From assembly GCA_964270895.1 (NCBI GenBank), contig OZ185444.1: a stretch of DNA of 64,000 nt. One strand, given 5' to 3'. The position numbers and the translations under genes are program-made. The stretch comes from Podarcis filfolensis. Its lineage: Eukaryota. Of this stretch, positions 22,701 to 35,700 are shown piece after piece. The number at the start of each line of letters is the position of its first letter. Position 1 is the first letter of the stretch. The notes beneath the pieces are model-generated. The model had not been told where the DNA came from, ran no database searches, and worked only from the letters and a program-made list of their open reading frames with translations.

Positions 22701-25700
22701 ACAAAGACAGCATCATTATAAGACTAGGTCAACAATAGCAATAATAAATCTTATTCTACCAGATGTCAGAGCACAATGTTCCCATTGAACAAGTCAGCAT
22801 TAAAGGAATTGAATTATTCAGCTATTTACTGCTCACATTGGCAAGTGGCCCAAATACATTTAACTTAGTGATGGACATGCCTAATTGTCAGAATGTCCCT
22901 CTGATGTACTCCCACCTTACCAAAAAAAGGGGGGCACTACTGTTAATTTAGATCTAGTGTGTATAGGGAAACAGCAACAGCATTCATGTTCAGAAAAAGC
23001 TCACCCATCTTAGGGCTGTCATATTTTGAAGAGCAAAAAAGAGGACACATTTGCCTACTTCTACTTTTAACTATGGATCGCTATAACGACTCATTTTAGA
23101 AAAAGAGGACGTGTTCTGGAAAAAGAGGTCATATGACAACCCTAGACTTATACCCCATCCACAAATGATATAAAAGGACATTTTGTGGCATTAAACTCCT
23201 GTGTCAACTACCCAATTTCTCTGTACTTGTAAGAAGTCAAAAATATAAAACGAAGCAATTTTTTCACACCAAGATGTTATTCAAAATCTTCTTGCTTTTA
23301 CATCAGTCATCGGCCCAGTTCAAATGCGACACTAAGTTATACCATGGCTAAGTGTGAACAAGCAAGCATGTGGCTACTCACAGGAAAATATCCTTCCCCA
23401 TTGCCTGCTAATGCCATGCTACCGGGACCTAAACCATGGTTTCACGTAGCTTTACATCCAAACTTGGACTCATGGTTTGCCTGGGGAACAAACCAAGAAC
23501 AAACATTGGTTACAGCTCATGGTTTGTTTGGAGCAAGACAAACCGTAAACCTAGGTTTGGACATAACACTAAGCCACCCACGGTTTAGCTCTGGCTAGCA
23601 TGCCAGCAGGACAATGAGGCACCAGCGATTCTTGTGTGTTCATGCTTAGCCATAGCTTGGCTGAGTGTTAACAGGTGAACCAGGTCACTGATGCGATTGA
23701 GACAACACCCGAGAGCCCTACCTGTGTACATGGCATACTCCTGTTCTTGTTCTTTCTCTCATAGAGCTGTTCTAGGTGCTTGTCTGTTCTGGGGTCGTAA
23801 TCTGCCGCGCTCAATGAAGTAGTCACACAGACCACTGTGATCTGCTCTGAGGAAGACATCTGGTTGTTAATAATGTGATCATATTCCAGGTCTGAAACAT
23901 ATGGAATCTGATGGTTGCTGCATCTGCATATCCTCACTTCATCTCCCAGCATCGTTCTTCGAAGGACTACAGGGCAGGCACTGTGTGATGCAGTGCATGC
24001 CTTTTCACTGTCATGAGAAAGCAGTGGTAAAAGGAGCGTAAGTTGGAGTGTGAATGAACTGAAGTAACAACATTTTAACCAGCTTACACTTACTTGATCT
24101 ACCAAACAAAGTCTTTCTGTTTCCCAGGTAATTCAAAAGGCTGCTGCAAAATCATCTCTCTGTCTGAAATGGTTTTTATCATCATGATGCTTTTTCTCTA
24201 CAACTTCTTAATGTGCCTTTTGGGATCAGCTATTTCCTTGAGGGCTATCCAACATTTTGTCATGAACCGTAGCTCTTCTGTTTAGTTATTCATTTAATTA
24301 ACATTGCAAAGGGGCTTACAGTATTTTGTTCTTCACCTCAATCCATGGCCCACCAGAGATCATCGACCAGCGTGACCAAGGCAGTTTCAGTCCCATGATG
24401 AGGCCTAAATCCCAACTGGAAGGGACCTAAATGGTCCACATCCTCCAGGAGTGCCTGGAGTTGTTCAGTGACCACCCGCTCAATCACCTTGCTCACACTT
24501 CTTTTCTCCTTGCATTATTCTACAAATAAACCTGGAGTCCTGACTTTAGCTGAAATCCATGGTTTTCTAAAGGTATAACTGTGTCCACAGCACTTTATGC
24601 TCTTTCGGATCCTTCACAGCAGAAGAACTAGCCAAACTAGTATAAAGAAAACTCTAGCAGATGCTCTTTGTGTGGATAAACTGGCTGAACAAGTTCTGAA
24701 GACAGCTTCAAACAAAATTTGGATAAGACGCTGAATAAATAGTGGTAAGGTCCTGAAGTGTGTAAGACACAAATGCTTATTTCTTTGGAAAAACAAGAAC
24801 AACTTGCTTCCAAGGCTACCAGAACTGAACCTACCATTGTTACAGTGATAACATTACAAATGTAAGGAAATGTTGGTTGCTTGCTGCAGTGGAAAAGGAC
24901 TGCTTTCTTCACATTCCTAGTTGCAGATTGCAACTTCAGAAATCCAATCCAAGTAAACGTAGTAAAATTAAGGCCACTGGATTGTGAGCAGCTCAATTCT
25001 AGTCTATTTTACAAAGATGAATTATTCTTGGAGGGTACAGAACCATGTATGCTCCCCTGAACTCCTTGGAGGAAAAGTGGAAGATATAAACATAATAAAT
25101 AGAATAATAAATATATAATATACATAATGCAAAGCTATTCTAAATTGATCTAATTGTCATATTTGCCTTACTTCTCCAAAGTAAAGAATCTTAGTAAGAC
25201 TCAAAAGAACAAAGTAAATGGTATTTAGTTTTACTTACTTTGCTTTGTGAGAGGTTTGGAGTGTGTCATTGTTTACATTAAGGTGAGCCATGGGTGGTTT
25301 ATTTGTTCTGAAAATGCTGCTCAATAAATGAGGGTCTCTGCAAGAGAAAATAAACACACTTAAGAGTTTTCCTGCATTTCCAAGGTATCTATGCTGATAT
25401 TTACACTGATATGCAATGTAGACCCATTTCTAATGGCTGTTTCATACTATGCAACATATGTGGGGGACCTCTGTCCCTCCAGAAGTTGTTGGATTCCAAG
25501 TCCCATCACCCCCAGCCAACATGGTCAATATTCAAAGATGCTGAAAGCTGAAATTCAGCATACAGGATGCAACAGATTCTGCACCTCTGCAGTATCGTTT
25601 ATAGGTACACGCTGCATATTCAGCACGTTAGAATTCCTAAAGCACTTAATCAGAGCAGTATAAGATCCCAGTATAAAGGAAGTTGTTCCCACTCCTCTCT

Positions 25701-28700
25701 GGTGATTTATCAGTTGAGCTTATGTGTGCTGTGGTTGATTCATGACCCAATATTTAGCTTGCACCTATCTTAATTAAGAGGATTTGGAAACCAAACTCAT
25801 TGCTACAAAAAAGAATTAATACAGTATTGCAACATTTTACATCTGTCCCTTTGGAATATTTTCTCAATTTATTTTCATTTACCCAGCGCAAAGTTTTAAA
25901 ATTAACTTTAATAAAAGAAAGGTAATATTCTGAGCAAATTGGGAAATTTATCCACAATGAGGCTTTTCCTTGGTCCCTGCATGCACCCCGCCAAATTGGC
26001 TTGGGGGTGTGCGTGTCAGGAGAACTCCTAGAACAGCTTGCAGGCAGAGGAGAGGGGGGAATTGTTCCATCTGGCAAAATGAAATGCTTGCACTGAAGGA
26101 AGGGTCCTCATAGTGCTACATCAAATTCCTCCATATATTCACAGAATGGTGAAGTATTTACTCTCCATTGCAAAGGGAGTTGGTAGGCATTTGACTTCTT
26201 GTGCTTTTACCTGTAAGAACCAGGTGACACACCTTGAGTGGGGCCGCAAGACGGAACAGACTGGAAAGGAGGATGGTTGCCTGGTGTAAGGGTCTCTGTC
26301 TCCCTGTCATTCTCTTTTCCCTGCGCTGTATGGAAGCCAAGGAAGGCATCGCCATGTTGTGCTTTGCACTGTCTGCCAGCAATCCGAGGGAAGGCTGAGG
26401 TTCTGCGTGTGTGTGGTGAGCTGATTTCTGAAATGCAACAATACACCACCAAGGCAACAAACTTTAAAAAGGCCTTAAGCTCACATATAAGACAGCTGAC
26501 TTAGATTCATTTGGAATTTAGTTAACTGCGTGAGCACAACTGAACATCACAAGAACTGAAAGTGCAAAGCAAAATGTCCCCTTCAAGTGGAGTCCTTCCC
26601 ATTCAATGCAACTTCCAGGAAATACTGTTTTAAGAAGTTAAGAGAATAAATACCTTTTTATACACTTAAGAAATAATTGCAACCAAATGCTAATTTATAT
26701 TATTTATAACGCTTAGTGTTTCTGTACTGCAAAGAGGAAACACTTTGAAAATAGCTAGGAAAATTAACATCACATTTTGATTAAGCAAGATGTCTGCTTC
26801 CAATAAAACGTTGGCCAAAGGGAAGTCAATGTTCATAGACCACATTGCACTCTGCTTCTCTGCTTCCCCTAGGCTCAGGCTTCCACCAGCACTTCACCTC
26901 TTTGGTATAGAGAAATTGTACCAGTTCTTATCTTCCAGTCTAGTGATGGTGAACTTTTCGCGTTCCAGATGTTGTTGGATCCAATTCCCATTAGCCCTAG
27001 GCAGCATGACCAATGATCAGCTCAAACCCAAGCTAAGAACACAAAGTATTCTTCTGCTATATATGGTGAGTGCCCTGGAGATGTAGGATCAGGAAATATT
27101 CTGATTTCTCCTGTCATACAATAGGCTCTGGAACTAAGGGAAATGAAATCACACACAGAATACTGGCTTAGTTCACACATGTATACATATATCATGTGGG
27201 GTTTTTTATCAATCACACATGACTTTATGTGATGTATTTTCATGTATACATAAATGAAAATAATTAGTACCAAAAGTCCGATCGCAAAGCATGCCCTGCA
27301 AACAAACTAATGAAATGTGAAAACTGGTTATAGGAAAGTGTACCTTTCAGATAAAAAATGTAAAAACAAGATAAAACAATATATAATTTCATTAAGTGAT
27401 TTCATATTCCCTTTTTACAAAGCAGCTGCAGCTGTTAGGTTAATATCACATGAACAGATACAAATGCAGATGAACTGTAATGTTTAGTCTATACATACTG
27501 ATTATAATTTTAAAATATATTTAAATACCTGACACCAAAAATATAAACCATGTCATTACTTATTTTATTCCTCTGAATTTAGAAGTATTAGCATCCTCCT
27601 CCAATACTTAGGCTACTAAATTAAAGACTGACCTAAGGCTATCTGGTAATATTCCATCCAGTCTTCTAGGATATTCTTGATCTTACATCTCAGCGCTTTT
27701 AATTCTCTGGTAGGGTTGTAGTCTTTGACATGGCTTAAATCCTCTTCTGGAATTCTAGGTATTCTCTCCTGTGGTAATTTTTTTTATCAGAAATCAGATC
27801 AAATTATGAGCAGCACAACAAAGAAAAAGCAGTAGCAGTAATAAGGGACCAGATAAAAATAGAATGGCTGGTACAAACATTCCCAGAAGATAAAACTAAA
27901 TAAAGGTTCCAGCAAAGCAGTCTGAACCTGGCACCTCAAACTGAACAGGGTGCCACAGTGGTTAGAGTGTCAGACCTGGGAGACCAGAGTTTCAATCTCT
28001 ACTTAGCCATGAAGCTTGCTGGGAGTCATTCTCTCTCATCCTAACCTACCTTACAGAGGTGTTGCAAGGATAATATGGTGAGGGGCAGAATTATGTACAC
28101 CGCCTTTATCTCCATGGAGGAAAGGCAGAGTATAAATATGATGTCACATAAATAATACATAACGAAAAGGCAACATGTGATCCTTTCTGTGGCAGGTATT
28201 CTCTTCCTTATTCTCAGCTGCCTTGTTCCACTTCTCTTGGCCTATATTTTTGTTCTACTCTATTGCCTCCAATTGATCCCACCTCAGCTTCTGCTTTCCC
28301 CACACGTTATCTCCTAATCTGCCTGCTTCATCCTTCCCTTTGTCCCTTCACCACAAACCCCTGCCTCCTCCCCTTCTCCTTTCACTTCATCAAAGTACAA
28401 CCCATCAAATGGGAGGAATATGTACAAAGCCATAGACATGACCGGTAGACCAGTAGGCAACAATGTTGGCCAGCTTCAACTCTTATTTCCTTTGCCTTGG
28501 CCCCTGCTTCTTCTGTCTTGTCTGTCTTTTCCCCTTCGGTTATCTCCCCGCCCTCTTATTTATATTTATTCAGTCTTCCTTTCTGTGTTTGCAGATATGT
28601 GGAATCTTTTTGTGGCACCCAAGCTTCCAGTAAACAGCTGCAAATATTGTACATCTGCCTTTCATTTCTATTGGGTTTGTCAAGACATGTTCCTACGTTA

Positions 28701-31700
28701 TTGTGAAATAAGGAATCAAAGTTGCATTAGCTGAAGGGGCGTTTTGCACACAAGTTTTATGGTGTTAAATCAGCATAACGAAAATAAATTGTAGCAAAAT
28801 ACGCTGGTGTTAAATCAGCATAACGAAAATAAATTGTAGCAAAATACGCTGCTGTTACAGTATCCTAGTGGATGGGCAAAGGCAGAAGAAATGTTAGAAA
28901 AAAGTAAGCTATAACAGTGTGAAAATAAAATTACATTTACTTATTTTAATAGTGAGTTTCTGACAGCTGCTTACTTCCTTTTTAAGAGATTTTTTTGCGT
29001 CTTCTGTTTTGCCATGTGTTTTAGAAAATCCTTTTACTGATGTAGATGGTAGATTAACTTCGGTGAATATCTTGCTCTAGAAAACCAAGAGAGAACAAAC
29101 AACAGAATTTGCTTTAATCATGTGCAATCCATTGAGTTTCTACCCATTTTTCTTGTAGGAGCCTTATAATTTCCCATAGCTACAGGACAAGTAGCAAAAC
29201 AGGCGAACCTTTTGTTGGCAACTGCATCTGCTGTTGAATTGCTACCAGCCATGAAGCACATAACCCCATCAGAAAATAGCAGAAGCTAAATTCTGTGTGA
29301 CTGGTATGAGATTACCTGTAACCAAACAGCAATATTTCTCTTTGGCTCCTGGCTGTGATGCAGTAGCTGCTTAAAATACTGCTATGTGCACCCCAATCTC
29401 CGAGCAGAGAGAGATTTCAGGGGTGCTGTCAGCACATAACTCATGGTTGGTTTCCTTAAACTGTAGGTCACTGGAGACTGTGGTGTCTTTGTTATATTAT
29501 GGGATGGTGGGAATTGGGAGTCCCCATCCCTGATGTAGGAGGAAATAATGTAGTGTCTTATCTATATTCATTTGTCTCACTATTGGATACACGCAATCCA
29601 CTATGACTCTAACATTTGTGTAGGGCTTCCAATAGTATTCCCATGAATTTAAATGTCAAGCTGATCCTGATTTTGAACTGAATGGAAAAGTCCATTTGCA
29701 GGGAAACAGTATGTATGTGCAAGAGCTGGAAACGGCCCTCTTCTATCTGTTATTCCTTTTGAAACTACTGTGCAACAAATATTTTACTTCTTGCAAATCC
29801 TCTCGCAACCAAATTCTCCCACAACCCACCACGGAGGTCTATTATCTCCCTGCAACCTCCCTGCAGGCTCCAGCCTGATTGACATGATGTTGTGTGGTTT
29901 TTTTTGCATCATAAGCTATTGCACCATACCAGGTTTTCTAACTGTGGACCAGCCACACCTCGTACCGGTGACAAAGACAAACGCACGCTTTCATGTCGCC
30001 ACTTGTAAAGCAATCCAACAGCAAAGCGTCCTGCAACCTTCACTGTGATGCACTTGTTAACCTAGGGTAAGACATAAGAGATGTGTACTTCACAGTATTG
30101 TTTGGCTAGGAAATTTGCCAAAATGAAGATAGGAAGCCACAAGGGAAATCTGTCACTAACCAGAGAGCTATTGTTTATGGTGTTCCAGTGTGCTGTGCCC
30201 CTCTCCAGGATACTCCATCCCACCTCCCTTCCCACCTGATGTTCCATTCCTCCCGCAAAGCAGTTTGGTCCATTTAGCTCAGAATTGTCTATTCTGCTTT
30301 GACTGGCTTTGGGGTTTCAGATAGAAGAATTCCCAGGCATACCTGAAGGTGCCAGGGATTGAAGCTAGGGCCTTCTGCATGCAAAGCAGGTGTGCTACAA
30401 ATGAGCTATGGTGCTTTCCCAGAAATGCTGTTGTGGGAATACAGGAATCTGTCAACTACAGCATCATCAAAACCATTGGTCCATCTACTTCATTACTGTC
30501 AACACTGATTGGCAATGGCTCTCTAGGAGTTCAGACAGGGTTCTCACCCAAGTCTACTTGGGACCTTTCACATGCAGAGCATGTTCTCTACCACACCCCC
30601 TTTAAAAAAACTAGTGTCTGCAAGATATAATTGGGCACATATAATTGCAAGATATAATTAGGCTTCTGTACCTCTTGCCAGATGTAGGTTGCTGGGGTGG
30701 TTGTGGAAAGTACAGAGCATAGCTAGTTGCCAGGATTGGATAGGGTTGGGTTGCCGGATAAAGGGGTGAAATTTAATCTCTACTTCAAATTTTACATCAT
30801 AATAAGGAAAGGTCGAGTGCAAACATGACTTTTCTACTCTTGACAGTTTAAGAAGTGCTAGGTTAAGCATGTGGCCTTAGGGGGAAAGGAAGGGACAGGA
30901 GCAAAGCAGTTCAGTTTTAAAGTAACGCAGTTTCCCACTTCTCTTCTGCTTATTTATTATTATTATAATTATTAGGCTTCTTAAGTCACTTGTTACACAG
31001 ATGTCTCCGGGCAACTTACAACACACTTAAAAACATAAACATATTATAATAACTCATTCATACAAAAGCACATGTAATTTATAAAAATATGGATTTGATA
31101 TATGAATATGATCCTGTTTTGTACCATGATAGCTCAATCTTCATCATAGTGTTTGTGCTGCTTCATCTTGGGAAGAAGAAAATTAGTTCAAAGTATCATT
31201 TTCTTCATTAAACTTTGTTCATTAATTTTACTGTGAGCAAGCTTAGGTAGTTAGCTACTTCTGTTAGCTGAAGAATTTACAACACTGTAAATAACAGCAT
31301 CCCCCAGAAGGAAAGCTGTATTAGAAAAAAAATTAAATAAAAAAATAGTAAATATTACCTGCATAATAACTGGGTCATCAAGCTTCCCTTCTCCAGGCCA
31401 TTTCCACTGGCGTAGTATTTCTCCATCTTTATTAGTCACCATGCCTCCTTCCTGATTAAATATCATTGCTATGCTGCGGCTGCAGAAACCAAAAGCCAGT
31501 TTTTCACGGTGCCATTTAGTAAAACATAATGAGTAACTCAAGCTGTCTACTTTGATCTTGGTGCTTTTAATTAACATAGTAATTAGCATGTTTATCGCTT
31601 CATCTATATATTCATATAGCATTCAACACAGGTGTGCACAGTGGCTGTGAATGAACAATCCAGACTTAAGAAAGTCACAAAATTATTTTGTAACGTAGCC

Positions 31701-32688
31701 CTTACTTTTTAACTGCAAAACATGAAGGTGCCTGGAGCATGTTAACACTGGTTCTTATTCTAGGCATACTTTACAGGAATCAATGACATATCATATATAT
31801 TATATCCCATTGTGGTTTTATCCAAGGCAAAACCCCCACAATTTCATCTGCTAAGGCTATGATCCACAAATCAGCAGAGGCATGCAGCACAGTCTAGGCT
31901 GATCGTGTTAAACTAGGTGTGAAAGACTTTGCTCTCCCTTCCCATTCTATTTGATATAAAAAAATTGTGTGTATGGAATGCTTGTAACTCACCATAAGTT
32001 GAGAGAAGGATACCTGAACTCTACAAGGCTCTGATTCCACACAGCAAGTTGGTACATGGCTTACCTTGAGCTCTAAACTACCATGTAAATTAAACAAGAT
32101 TCTTAAGAAAGGATATAAGAAGTGCTGCACCAGAACAGCACCTTCACTTGTTGTGTCAAGTGTTTTGAGCTAACCAATGCAGGTCATCAGGCCCAACTTG
32201 ATGGATCAGTGGCTGTCACTGCACCATATATGATACAGCAGCGCCGGCTGCTACCTTAAGATGTCTGTGCTGTTCTGGGTGGGGTGAATGGAAGCTTTTG
32301 AAGCACACTTTTAGTTTGCGAGGGAGTGAGTCATGCTTGAAACAATGTGGGAGCCTTTTAATTATGTCCTACATCCAGTATAGCAGGTACCGCCAAAGGA
32401 CTGTCTCTCAGTGCCTGCTGCGGTTAACATTTGATGTTAGTTAGGAAGCCCTCTGGAACGTCTCTTCTTACCTGTTAGAGAAGCAAACACTGCCATGTCC
32501 AGAAGGAGTAAATGTTCCAACTAACGCACGGTCGGGACAGTCATTAAATATGTTGGTGTACAAGCCACCACAAGGAAGATCAGAGTAACTCTGACAGACT
32601 GCAACATGTCCAGAGGGGTAGGTAAATAAAGAGTCAAGGAGTTTGTCTGAGATGGATATGGCATTTCCAGGTGTCTAATTATAATGCA

Positions 32689-32728
<40 letters not shown>

Positions 32729-35700
32729 ACCATGTCCATCTGGCTGGCTTCCAATATATATAAAAACATAATAAAACACTACACATTAAAAAGCTTCCCT
32801 ATACAGGCTGCTTTCATGTGTTTTCTAAAAGTTGTATAGTTATTTATTTTCTTGACATCTGATGGGAGAAGGCCCTCTACCGGGTTCCCTGTAGCTTCAC
32901 TTTTCGCAGTGAAAGAACCACCAGAAGACGCTCAGAGCTAGATCTCAGTGTCCAGCTGAACATGGAGGGAGGAGATGCTCCTTCAGATATACAGGGCCAA
33001 GGCCGTTTAGGGCTCTAAAGGTCAGCACCAACACTTTGAATTGTGCTCAGAAATGTACCGGGTGCCATCTTAGCACTAACTATTGCTGGTAAGGTGGAGA
33101 AATCTAGCTGTGCAGCAGATTATCAAACTGCCCAGAGAGAGAGATTGAATTCGGCTCAGTGACCAACAACAATGCCAATACAGATCTCTGAGGACCAATG
33201 AAAAAGGTCCCAAGCTGAAAGCACCATCTAAACTCTGGCTGCTGCATTTCCCACCAATTGCAATCTCCGAGGCATCTTCAAGGACAGCCTTGTGTAGTGC
33301 AAATTACAATAGTACAAACAGGAGATTACAAGAATATGGATAATCATGGCCATGCTAGCCATGTCCAGGAAAGCTAAACCAAGCACGCTTGGAAAAAGAT
33401 ACTCCATGGAAGTGAATTACAGGCATACTTCCCCCACCCTCCACCAAGGCAATGGACCTGATCTTTTAGGGAAGTCCAACCACAGTCAGAACAGACCATC
33501 TTTCTGTTTCCCAGATCTGGAAGCTACCAAACCACAAGCACCTCTCCCTTGCCAGGACTCAGCTTCAGTTTAGTGTCCTCATTCAAGCCATTACTATTTA
33601 TGGTATAATGAAGAACCTTTAAAATACTATAAAAATAATTTTAAAATAAAGATTGCCAAACAGCTATGGGGAGGTGGGTATGTATGACGCATAACACCAG
33701 ATACATCCAGTGAATTGCTAAAAAGGTGCCTGCAAAAACGACATGCAGCCATGACTGAAACAACTCTGCTATTAGTGCCTGCTTTCTCTCACTCATAATA
33801 CATGTAGAACTGAACTAAAAATTGCACCGAGGAGTCAGTATTGGGATGTACAAGCATGAATGGCTTCTGTGATGCAACTGTAAATTACTCATTCTATTTC
33901 TTGTCTACTGTACATTTGACTGCAGCTCAAACTTGCTCGGTGCTTATTCAGAGGATTTACCAAGTCTCCATCTCAAAACTTCGAAACTATAAGCAGCCAC
34001 TGTGGTACGCAGCAGTGACCTATCTGTGCTAAAGTGGATGCTATCATGAATGACTTTCCACATCACCACTGTGGGCAGGTGTTTGTCTGCTCAGATAGAT
34101 GTATGGATAGATAGCTAGATAGATATAGACATGCAAAGACCTATTTCTATATAAAACTTTAGACAGTTTGAGGTTTAGTAAGTTCAAGTGCTAAGGGATC
34201 CTTTCTGAGTTTTCTCAAATCAGCAGCACGTAATAATCTAAAAATTTGACATTCAAGTGTGTAGGAACAAAAATGCTTGGGTCATGACTCACAACTTTCC
34301 TTCTTTTCTGTTTGGATAAAAGGTTCTAAAGCAAGTTCCCCCCCCACCCAAAAAAACCACGTTTTTGATTCCAGACTGAACCTGCATAAAATCACACACC
34401 ATTATTTGGAAACAGGTTTTTCCAAACGTCTTGCTCCTGTAAAGTGATCTAGAACCTTTTACAGTTCAATCCTTAAAGACGTTTACTCAGAAATCCTAAA
34501 GAAATTTGCTTCCTACCTGCCAAGTGAATTAAGTAATTTTAAATCCATGCTTTTTCTTTGTTGTAGGAATGCTTCCTTCCATTCCTGCTAGATGGAATTC
34601 TCTTTCATGTTACACTTTCAAAGGATATTAAATGAAGGATGATCCATCAACCAATCCATAGTGCAGTTTTTTTAAGGCTGGCTCAGCTTGTTTGATCACT
34701 GGCAACTGTGGTTTTTCATACAGGCTCTCAGAAGAGACTTTCTTACTGGGCCGCCCTTTGATGTTTTGGGGAAAGGTTTCCTTCTTGATATCACCATAAT
34801 GACGAAGAATAATAGGCTTGTCAAATCCTGATTCTTTCAGCTTAGACAGCTGTTCAGTTCTGTTTGGAAGATTTTTTTTTAAATCAATTATTTACTAAGA
34901 AATTCTCTTAAATAATGTCTTCAACATAGCTAACATTTAGGCTGAAAAAATTCAGCTTTCTATATGATCTGAATAAGCAATGTAGTATAGCATATTCCAG
35001 GCACCAGTCTTCTATTCATCTGAGTAAAAAGCAGTTCAATTCAATCCAAACCCTGTAAGAGCTTTGAAAATACATTTTATATTTAGAAAGAAAAACAGTT
35101 TAGAATGTAAGTTACAAGTCTAAACTCACTTGCCTTCTGCTCAGGCAACTTGGTAGAGTCCTAATACAGATTCTGAACACAGACATCCTAATCTATACTA
35201 CGTTTGACCCCCATTTTACATTTTTGGTTTTATTTTCAAAAGATCTTCACCAATTAAAGGTAAAGGTACCCCTGCCTGTATGGGCCAGTCGTGTCCGACT
35301 CTAGGGTTGCACGCTCATCTTGCTTAAGAGGCCGGGAGCCGGCGCCGTCCAAAGACACTTCTGGGTCACGTGGCCAGTGTGACGAAGCTGCAGCTGGCGA
35401 GCCAGCACCAGCGCAGCACATGGAAATGCCGTTTACCTTCCTGCCGGAGCGGTACCTATTTATCTACTTGCACTTAGGGGTGCTTTCGAACTGCTAGATG
35501 GGCAGGAGCTGGGACCGAACGACGGGAGCTCACCCCGTCGCGGGGATTCAAACCGCCGACCTTACAATCAGCAAGTCCTAGGCACTGAGGTTTTACCCAC
35601 AGCGCCACCCGCGTCCCACCTTCACCAATTATTTGCCTGTTATTCTGAATAAGCACATTAATAAAGCTACACCAACCAGTGCGAAGGCTCAACCCCAGTC

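Noticed and set aside
24089-24277. Minus-strand segment with an acceptor and a strong gtaagt donor
   Set aside because: The long version has stops in all three frames. The short version ends in the wrong phase for exon 24007, and exons 26211 and 24007 already join in frame.
24600-24830. Coding-looking purine-rich stretch on + with a gtaagg donor
   Set aside because: It contains a stop, has no partner exons and no recognisable homology; possibly decayed transposon sequence.
28761-28850. CRISPR-like repeat
   Set aside because: Two adjacent units with no spacer, in a vertebrate intron.
32108-32116. Second ATATCCTTT on the minus strand
   Set aside because: It lies inside a GT-AG intron whose flanking exons already join in frame. 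About one chance 9-mer match is expected in a window this size.
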